DNA of 64,000 nucleotides from Oligoflexia bacterium (GTDB lineage Bacteria; Bdellovibrionota; UBA1018): NCBI GenBank assembly GCA_963758495.1, contig CAVWVI010000003.1, positions 1,485,440 to 1,549,439 of the forward strand, read 5' to 3'. Shown piece by piece: positions 57,367 to 64,000 of this stretch (position 1 is its first letter; each line of letters starts with the position of its first letter). The notes under the pieces were generated by a model. It saw only the letters and a program-made list of their open reading frames with translations, ran no database searches and was not told where the DNA came from. The position numbers and the translations under genes were made by a program.

Positions 57367-60300
57367 ATGGCTAAATTGAAAAAAAGAAACGTTAATAAAT
57401 CTACCTCTGCGACGAAAACTCCGAAATCGGAACCACCGTCGAGGAAGCAGTTCCCCATCGTAGGGGTCGGAGCATCCGCAGGTGGGCTCGAAGCCATAGT
57501 TCAACTGCTCACTCACCTTCCGTCCAATACGGGCATGGCACTCGTCGTGGTTCAGCATCTGGACCCCACTCACAAGAGCCTTTCCACCGAGATTTTATCA
57601 AGAAAGACTCGGATGCCCGTGGCGGAAATCAGTGATGGTATGAAGGTAGAACCAAATCATGTTTACGTCATCCCGCCCAATTGCAATCTTGCGATTATTA
57701 ATGGCGTCTTGAGCCTGATGCCTCGGACTGAAGCTCGGGGCCAAGCAATGTCCATCGACTTTTTCTTCGAATCGCTTGCCCAGGAGCAAAAGAGTAAGGC
57801 CATCGGAATCATTCTTTCAGGTACGGCCTCTGACGGTACCCAAGGCCTAGAGACCATCAAGGCGGAAGGGGGGTTGACGATCGCTCAGGACCCGGCATCG
57901 GCGAAGTATGACGGGATGCCTCGCAGCGCCATCGCCTCTGGCGCGGTGGATCTGGTTCTGACGCCTGGGCAAATCGCAGAAGAGCTAGTCCGGTTTGGGC
58001 ACCATCCACTCCTGGCTCGTCAGGGGAAAGCAAAAACGCCTTCATTCGAAGGACTTGCCAAAGTCGAAGGCGACAGTCTGACCAAGATCTTCGCACTACT
58101 ACGAAACCAATCTCATGTTGATTTCACCCACTACAAGCACACAACTGTCAAAAGGCGTATTGCTCGCAGAATGGTTCTTCAGAAAAAGAAGAAACTCGAA
58201 GATTACGTCAGCTATTTGCAATCGAACCCGCAGGAAGTACGAGATCTCTTTGCTGACATTCTCATCAACGTAACGGAATTTTTTCGCGATGCAGATATTT
58301 TTGCCGCCCTTAAGAATCAGCTTTTACCCGAAATCATCAAGAATAGAGCGGCCGGTTCACCCATCCGGATCTGGGTCATCGGTTGCGCCACCGGAGAAGA
58401 AGCCTATTCTGTAGCGATCGCTTTACTGGAACTTCTTGGAGACACTGCTCAAAAGAGGGCAATTCAGATTTTTGCTACGGATATCAGTGAAAAAGCCATC
58501 CAAAAAGCTCGGGCGGGTGTATACTCAGAGAGCATTCGGAAGAATGTTTCTGAGGAACGGCTGAAGCGATTTTTTGTCAAAACTGAGACTGGGTATAAGA
58601 TCAATAAGTTCATCCGGGAAATGTGCCTTTTCTCACGGCATGATGTAACGAGCGATCCCCCATTTGCGAAACTTGATCTTATTTGCTGCCGCAATCTTCT
58701 CATCTATTTCGACTCTGCTTTGCAAAAACGAGTGCTCCCGCTCCTCAATTATGCTCTTAATCCCGGTGGTTTTCTCTGGCTCGGTGCTTTGGAGTCGGTA
58801 GGTGACCTCTCGGTGCTGTTCAAAGTGATCGACAAGGCCAAAAAATTCTACTTGCGCGGCACCGCTCCAGTCCTGCCCCGAGTGCAGTTCGGGGCTAGTT
58901 CCTATTTGCTCGAAAACCTAGAATCCACAGCATCGAAGTCGTCGCGAAAAACACCGGGATTGCCAGATTTTCAAAGTAAAACCGAGCAAGTGCTGATCTC
59001 TGAGTACGCGCCACCGGGTGTGGTGGTCAACAGTAACATGGAGATCATTTTGGCCAGAGGAGATACCTCACCTTATTTCAAACTGCCGATGGGACAGGTT
59101 AGTCTCAACCTCTTCAAGATGGCGAGGCCAGAGCTTGTCCCAGATCTTCGCATGGTAATACAGGCAGCAAAAAAGAAAAATATCCGCGTTAAAAAGGAGG
59201 GATTGAGCATTCTCGATGGAGACCGGCAGAGGTTTCTTAATATCAGCGTGATTCCTATTAGAATAGAGTCCAAGGACAGAGAACGCCACTTTTGGATTCT
59301 CTTCGAGCAAGCGTCAGAACTGCTACAGTCCAGCGAATCTCCAGAGTCACCAGAGTCAAAAGCCACGTACAGACGAGGGAAACGCCCCGTGAGGAAAACC
59401 TCTGATGTGAAAGACCGGCGAATTAAGGAATTCGAACGAGAACTGGCCGAGACCAAGGCCTATCAGCAAGCACTGGCGGAAGATCACGAAGCCACCCAGG
59501 AAGAGATCACATCCGCGAACGAAGAGCTGCAAAGTACCAATGAGGAACTCCAGAGCACGAACGAAGAGCTGGAGACAGCCAAAGAAGAGCTTCAGTCCAT
59601 GAATGAGGAGTTGACCACGGTCAACGACGAATTACAGAATCGCAACATCGATCTCATGCAGGTCAACAACGATCTTATTAATCTTCTAGGAGCCGTCGAT
59701 TTCCCTATTATCATGGTAGGAGCCGATGGCCGAATCCGACGTTTCACACCCACGGCGGGAAAGTTGCTGAACCTGCGTCCAAGCGATGTGGGACGTCCCA
59801 TTGGAGATATTAGACCCGATTTTGAAGGACCTGATTTGCAAACCCTCGTCTCCGATGTGATGGAAACAATCACAGTTAAAGAGCAGGAGGTCTGCAGTCG
59901 CGAGGGACAATGGTATCGCCTCCAGGCACGTCCCTACAAGACGATAGATAACAGAATCGATGGCGCAGTCATTTCGTTGATCGATATTACTCTTTTAAAG
60001 GAGCATCTCACCGAAAGCCAAACCGCGCTGAGATATGCGACAGCTGTCGCAGACACGCTTCCCCATCCTTTGGGGGTTGTCGATGATCAACTGCATCTAC
60101 TGGCCGTAAATCCAGGATTAGCCCGCTTATTTGAGATCATGCCGAGTGAGGTCGTCGGATCAGATCTGATTCGGATTCTGAGCGGCAAAGGCTTGAACAT
60201 TCCTCGTCTCCGCAAGCTCTTGATTGAGGTGATCTCAGACAATCGGTCAGTGAAAAACTTCGAAATCGAACACGACTTTGACACTATTGGCCGGCGAATC

Positions 60301-61617
60301 TTGCTCCTAAACGCCCAGAAAATCAGATGGCAAGACCCCCTCATGCCGAAGGCAATACTTCTTTCGATCGACGACATCACCGAGGGCAGAACTCTTGAGC
60401 GTACGATTGAACATGCTATGGGGCAAGAAAAAGTGGCGCGCCTCGAGGCCGAGCGCGCCAACCAGAGCAAGGATGTTTTTCTCGCAACACTATCACACGA
60501 GCTACGCACTCCTTTGACTTCAATCCTCTCCTGGTCACAGCTTTTACAGCGCAGTCAAGTGAGTCCTGAAAAGGCCCGACACGGCTTGGAGATTATTGAA
60601 CAGAACGCGCTTGCTCAAGAACAACTGATCAACGATTTATTGGATATTTCCAGAATCCAGTCTGGAAAACTATCCCTCACGTTAGTTGAAGTGAGTCCAG
60701 ATGACATCGTACACGCAGCGATCGAGTCGCTTCGTCCTCGGGCTGAAAGTAAGAAAATCGTCATCCAAATGTTCAGCGACGTTAAAATCGGAAAGGTCAA
60801 CGGGGATTCTGCAAGGTTACAGCAAGTGATTTGGAATCTGCTCACGAATGCGCTCAAATTCTCACCCGAGGGTAGCAAAGTCGAGGTTCATATCGCCAAG
60901 GTTCAAGAGCACGGTCACACATATGTGTCAATCCGTGTGGTCGATCATGGCAAAGGCATTGATCTGGCTTTTCTGCCTGATATTTTTACTCGATTCAGTC
61001 AACAAGACAGCACGAGCACACGCATTCATGGTGGACTTGGGATTGGACTATCCCTTGTGCATGATCTAGTTAAGGTTCACGGCGGAAGCGTTAAAGCAGA
61101 AAGTCAAGGATCGGGGCAAGGTGCGGTCTTTACTGTGCTTCTTCCTATGGTCCGCGAAGGAGAGCTACGAGCAGCCCTTCCGTTGGTGGGAAGCAATCAA
61201 ACTGCCAAACCAGCACCGCCGGATCTTTCCGGCTTGCAGGTACTTATCGTTGATGACGAACCTGGCTCATTGGAAGTATTTGCTGAAATCGTAAAATCCT
61301 TTGGTGGAAAACCGCTTCAATGTAGCTCAGTTCGCGATGCAATGACCCTGTTTGAAAAATTTCGACCTGACGTAGTCGTAAGTGATATCGCGATGCCTTT
61401 AGAGGATGGATACGCACTGATTCGGAAGATCCGCGCTCTTCCAAGCGAGAAGGGCGGACGCGTCCCAGCGATAGCACTGACTGCATATGCCGCACATCAT
61501 GACATCGAGCGTGTCGTTGCAGCAGGATTTCAAGAGCATATGTCCAAACCAGTTGATAGTGAGAAATTTGGTTGTGCGATTGCGCGACTGGCTAAAGTTG
61601 GAGATGTACTGATTTAG
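57367..61617 (+). CDS. CheB-CheR-PAS-coiled coil-PAS-PAS-HisKA-HATPase-REC hybrid sensor kinase, a paralogue of 51159-54947
   Basis: The motif order matches the paralogue: FPIVGVGASAGGLEAI, IRIWVIGCATGEEAYS, NEELQSTNEELQSTNEELE, LATLSHELRTPL, DHGKGI, GGLGIGLSL, VLIVDDE...VSDIAMPLEDG. It has one extra PAS-like segment. The ORF track opens at 57262, and the ATG at 57367 (MAKLKKRN) is the likelier start. Confidence 0.88.
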   Translation: MAKLKKRNVNKSTSATKTPKSEPPSRKQFPIVGVGASAGGLEAIVQLLTHLPSNTGMALVVVQHLDPTHKSLSTEILSRKTRMPVAEISDGMKVEPNHVYVIPPNCNLAIINGVLSLMPRTEARGQAMSIDFFFESLAQEQKSKAIGIILSGTASDGTQGLETIKAEGGLTIAQDPASAKYDGMPRSAIASGAVDLVLTPGQIAEELVRFGHHPLLARQGKAKTPSFEGLAKVEGDSLTKIFALLRNQSHVDFTHYKHTTVKRRIARRMVLQKKKKLEDYVSYLQSNPQEVRDLFADILINVTEFFRDADIFAALKNQLLPEIIKNRAAGSPIRIWVIGCATGEEAYSVAIALLELLGDTAQKRAIQIFATDISEKAIQKARAGVYSESIRKNVSEERLKRFFVKTETGYKINKFIREMCLFSRHDVTSDPPFAKLDLICCRNLLIYFDSALQKRVLPLLNYALNPGGFLWLGALESVGDLSVLFKVIDKAKKFYLRGTAPVLPRVQFGASSYLLENLESTASKSSRKTPGLPDFQSKTEQVLISEYAPPGVVVNSNMEIILARGDTSPYFKLPMGQVSLNLFKMARPELVPDLRMVIQAAKKKNIRVKKEGLSILDGDRQRFLNISVIPIRIESKDRERHFWILFEQASELLQSSESPESPESKATYRRGKRPVRKTSDVKDRRIKEFERELAETKAYQQALAEDHEATQEEITSANEELQSTNEELQSTNEELETAKEELQSMNEELTTVNDELQNRNIDLMQVNNDLINLLGAVDFPIIMVGADGRIRRFTPTAGKLLNLRPSDVGRPIGDIRPDFEGPDLQTLVSDVMETITVKEQEVCSREGQWYRLQARPYKTIDNRIDGAVISLIDITLLKEHLTESQTALRYATAVADTLPHPLGVVDDQLHLLAVNPGLARLFEIMPSEVVGSDLIRILSGKGLNIPRLRKLLIEVISDNRSVKNFEIEHDFDTIGRRILLLNAQKIRWQDPLMPKAILLSIDDITEGRTLERTIEHAMGQEKVARLEAERANQSKDVFLATLSHELRTPLTSILSWSQLLQRSQVSPEKARHGLEIIEQNALAQEQLINDLLDISRIQSGKLSLTLVEVSPDDIVHAAIESLRPRAESKKIVIQMFSDVKIGKVNGDSARLQQVIWNLLTNALKFSPEGSKVEVHIAKVQEHGHTYVSIRVVDHGKGIDLAFLPDIFTRFSQQDSTSTRIHGGLGIGLSLVHDLVKVHGGSVKAESQGSGQGAVFTVLLPMVREGELRAALPLVGSNQTAKPAPPDLSGLQVLIVDDEPGSLEVFAEIVKSFGGKPLQCSSVRDAMTLFEKFRPDVVVSDIAMPLEDGYALIRKIRALPSEKGGRVPAIALTAYAAHHDIERVVAAGFQEHMSKPVDSEKFGCAIARLAKVGDVLI

Positions 61618-61713
61618 CGGGCAAACGGCATCGGTGCCTGTTCAAGCAATGTCGATTCGAGCAAATCTTGATCATTTCGGATTACCATCCTCCTTCTTTT
61701 TCAATAGATTGGA

Positions 61714-64000
61714 TCAATGGGATAAATAATATACCCAATTCTGGGGTAAGCGCAGAATCAACTGAAAAGGCCGGAATCCGGCTGATGTTCTCTCGCTGGT
61801 AAATTCTACTTCGACCCTTCCGCCTCCCTCTTCTATCCATGTACGGACTGCATTCATTCCCACTCCGCGACCTGAAATTTGTGTCACCTTTTCTGAGGTT
61901 GATATGCCGGTCTCAAAGATCAGCTCTGCGACTTGGTGATCCAATGCAGTTTCGGTACAGGTTCCCCTCTTTATCCCCTCGGCTTTCAAAGCGACAAGAT
62001 TCAATCCTCGGCCATTATCCGAGAGAGAGATAGTAATCGGTGTTGGACCATCCCGTGAGTCTTTTATACTCAATCGAATGATGCCACCCTCTTTCTTCCC
62101 TTTCTCTTTTCTCTCAATCAGAGTTTCCAGTCCATGATCAACGGTGTTTCTTAAACAATGAGTAAACACTGCTTTCAAGACGCGCTCCCGCTCGAGTGCG
62201 AACAAGAATCGACTGCTGTCTTTCATCTGATCTTCAATCATAATTTCCGGCGAAGGCTTGCCCAAAGAGTTTGCCAGCTCAGGAATAGAATTTAGGACTT
62301 CGTGAAGGATCTCTTGAATGGGTGCGAAGTCAAGGGCCGCATACATTTGATCCCAAATTCGTACTTTGTCATCTCGAGTGAGAGAGGAGAGTCGCTGGGA
62401 CTCCAGGATTTTCAATATGCGGGCACTGGCGCGTCCTTTGGCCGTATCGACAGGATTGGACTTGACCCCAGCGGCCGCACCCAGCTGAGTCGTCGCCAAC
62501 CGATGGTATTTCTCCAAAACCGACTGAACTGAATCTAGGTCTGAACCCAGTCGTTTCAAATCAACGTTGGTCTTTTTGCCTTTTTTTAAATCAACCAGAA
62601 GTTCCTCGGCCTCATGAAGAGTGTCCACAGTATATGAAAGACCTAATATTCTGACATTTCCCTTGATTGTATGAATATTTCTAAAAAGATGATTTACTTT
62701 GTCTTCTGGTAAGGGTTGATCTGGATCAAGCTCCTGTATGATATTTCTATTCTCGTTAATGTAGCACGTAAACTCGTCATAGTTCCTCAGGAAACTTCCG
62801 ACTCCGCAATCTAAGATCTGGCCGATCATTTCTAACTCGAGTTTCTGATCTTTAGCTTGAATCTGTAAACGTCTAATTTCAGTCACATCCCTCACGCTCA
62901 CTAGAATTTTCTCGATCTTCCCGTCTTCATCGATAATGGGCTTCCAGTCCAACTCCAGATTTTGATCATTTAAATGGGCTTTTCGTACAATCTGTTTAGG
63001 GAGGAGATGACTATTCAGTTCGAAATTTAATTCTGATTCGCCAAATAATAAAAATAAAACTCCCTCTATCTGACCTCGAGTATTCATGCTGATGGAGGGA
63101 TGATTCAAAAGAAGTGGAAGCGACTCCTTTCCGGCAAGTTCTTTTTCATCCAAAATAATCTCCAAATAAGAAGAGTATTCTGGATGAATCTTAAAATCTT
63201 TTTGTATTGCAAATATCCCTTGTTGCAAGTTGCTTAACATCGCTTGAACGTCCCGAGTTTTCGATGCTAACTGGGAAGTCCTTTCCTTCACTTTTCTTTC
63301 GAGAGTTTCATAAATACGGGCGTTTTGTATGGAAACGGCAGCTTGAGAGACAAGAATATCGAGGGCGGTCAATCGCGCTTCTGTAAATGCACCAGCGACC
63401 GCGTTGTTTTCTAAGTAAAGAATGGCTAATAAATTCCCTTGATTTAAGCTGGGTAAGCAAACAAGGGAGTGTACTTCGTTCTTTTTAAAATAGGAATCTG
63501 TTTTAAATCGTTCTTCCTTTGATGCGTCGACTACAATGAGTGGCGCCTTTTTGATCCGGACTCGATCGATCAATGAAAACGGAGTTTCTTCGATATAAGC
63601 GCGAGAATGAAGTGTGAAGTTTCCTTTTGAATCTGGTAGAAGTAACCCGCCTTTTTCGGCGCCACTGACTTCCAAAACGATCTTCAATAGTTTGTCTGTG
63701 AGCTGAGTCAACACGACCTCGCTTGAAAGAGATCTTGCTGCCTTTAAGACTCCATAGAAATCGAGATTTTGCTCAGTTGAGATCGTTCCGGTATTCCTCG
63801 TGCCGTCTATTGTGTGAGTCTGAGTGCTCATTGTTGTGTTCGATGGCGTGGCAAAGGCCCCTGTTTGACAATTGCTGTTCCCAATTTCTGGAAAAAAATT
63901 GCGATAACGTGCTTCTAAATAGCGCACACGTGCCCAGGCTTCCCAAGCGGTGTAAACTTTATGTGCAGTTCGAATATAAAGTGCAGCTACTTCTGGATTA
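61714..64000 (-). CDS. GAF-PAS-Hpt-CheA-like kinase domain protein. It is 5' partial and continues beyond the window.
   Basis: The frame stays open upstream of the GTG at 63927, right to the window edge (...NPEVAALYIRTAHKVYTAWEAWARVRYLEARY). The GAF region precedes a coiled coil and a PAS-like region. The Hpt motif is FRNIHTIKGNVRILGL. The CheA P4-like N-box is HCLRNTVDHGLE, followed by DNGRGLN and GRGVGMNAV. Confidence 0.8.
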   Translation of the reverse strand, partial: NPEVAALYIRTAHKVYTAWEAWARVRYLEARYRNFFPEIGNSNCQTGAFATPSNTTMSTQTHTIDGTRNTGTISTEQNLDFYGVLKAARSLSSEVVLTQLTDKLLKIVLEVSGAEKGGLLLPDSKGNFTLHSRAYIEETPFSLIDRVRIKKAPLIVVDASKEERFKTDSYFKKNEVHSLVCLPSLNQGNLLAILYLENNAVAGAFTEARLTALDILVSQAAVSIQNARIYETLERKVKERTSQLASKTRDVQAMLSNLQQGIFAIQKDFKIHPEYSSYLEIILDEKELAGKESLPLLLNHPSISMNTRGQIEGVLFLLFGESELNFELNSHLLPKQIVRKAHLNDQNLELDWKPIIDEDGKIEKILVSVRDVTEIRRLQIQAKDQKLELEMIGQILDCGVGSFLRNYDEFTCYINENRNIIQELDPDQPLPEDKVNHLFRNIHTIKGNVRILGLSYTVDTLHEAEELLVDLKKGKKTNVDLKRLGSDLDSVQSVLEKYHRLATTQLGAAAGVKSNPVDTAKGRASARILKILESQRLSSLTRDDKVRIWDQMYAALDFAPIQEILHEVLNSIPELANSLGKPSPEIMIEDQMKDSSRFLFALERERVLKAVFTHCLRNTVDHGLETLIERKEKGKKEGGIIRLSIKDSRDGPTPITISLSDNGRGLNLVALKAEGIKRGTCTETALDHQVAELIFETGISTSEKVTQISGRGVGMNAVRTWIEEGGGRVEVEFTSERTSAGFRPFQLILRLPQNWVYYLSH

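Overview
This is an AT-rich bacterial chromosomal window with Gram-negative-type gene content. All assignments below come from reading motifs by eye; no database search was possible.

- **1-12.2 kb:** a 5'-partial complex I operon (nuoCD-E-F-G-H-I-J-K-L-M-N). It has three single-base frame breaks.
- **12.3-32.5 kb:** mostly housekeeping genes.
  - GYF/TPR membrane protein, secreted HAD-like hydrolase, glutathione peroxidase, polytopic membrane protein, orphan receiver, PhyH-type dioxygenase and MFS transporter.
  - tRNA-Ser(UGA), serS, leuS, APC permease and prs-pth-ychF.
  - Slt lytic transglycosylase, HAMP membrane protein and a thioredoxin-like 2Fe-2S ferredoxin.
- **tRNA-Asn(GTT), 32552-32626:** its last 17 nt recur exactly at 47395-47411 and 50010-50026. 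These repeats delimit two tandem integrated elements.
- **Island A (about 14.8 kb):** a defence-type island.
  - A three-gene ABC-3C-like module: nuclease-like effector, small middle component and coiled-coil ABC ATPase.
  - A short tyrosine recombinase and an IS21-family element.
  - A large metallophosphoesterase-P-loop NTPase gene, which is frameshifted and cut by that IS.
  - An AbiEi/AbiEii pair.
  - A second IS21-family element, whose istA is split by a 43-bp insert carrying a 20-bp perfect palindrome.
  - A DUF6516-like/HTH pair.
- **Island B (about 2.6 kb):** no recombinase. It carries two divergent secreted-protein genes, one combining an F-box-like motif with an FGE-sulfatase domain.
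- **Downstream of island B:**
  - A decayed patch with an XRE gene, a dnaA domain IV fragment and a transposase remnant.
  - Two paralogous CheB-CheR-PAS-HisKA-HATPase-REC giants flanking a hipBA module, which has three TATCC-N8-GGATA operators.
  - A partial GAF-PAS-Hpt-CheA-like kinase running off the right edge.

The best candidates for a poorly characterised system are the ABC-3C-like operon (33102-35988) and the metallophosphoesterase-NTPase gene (39333-41956).
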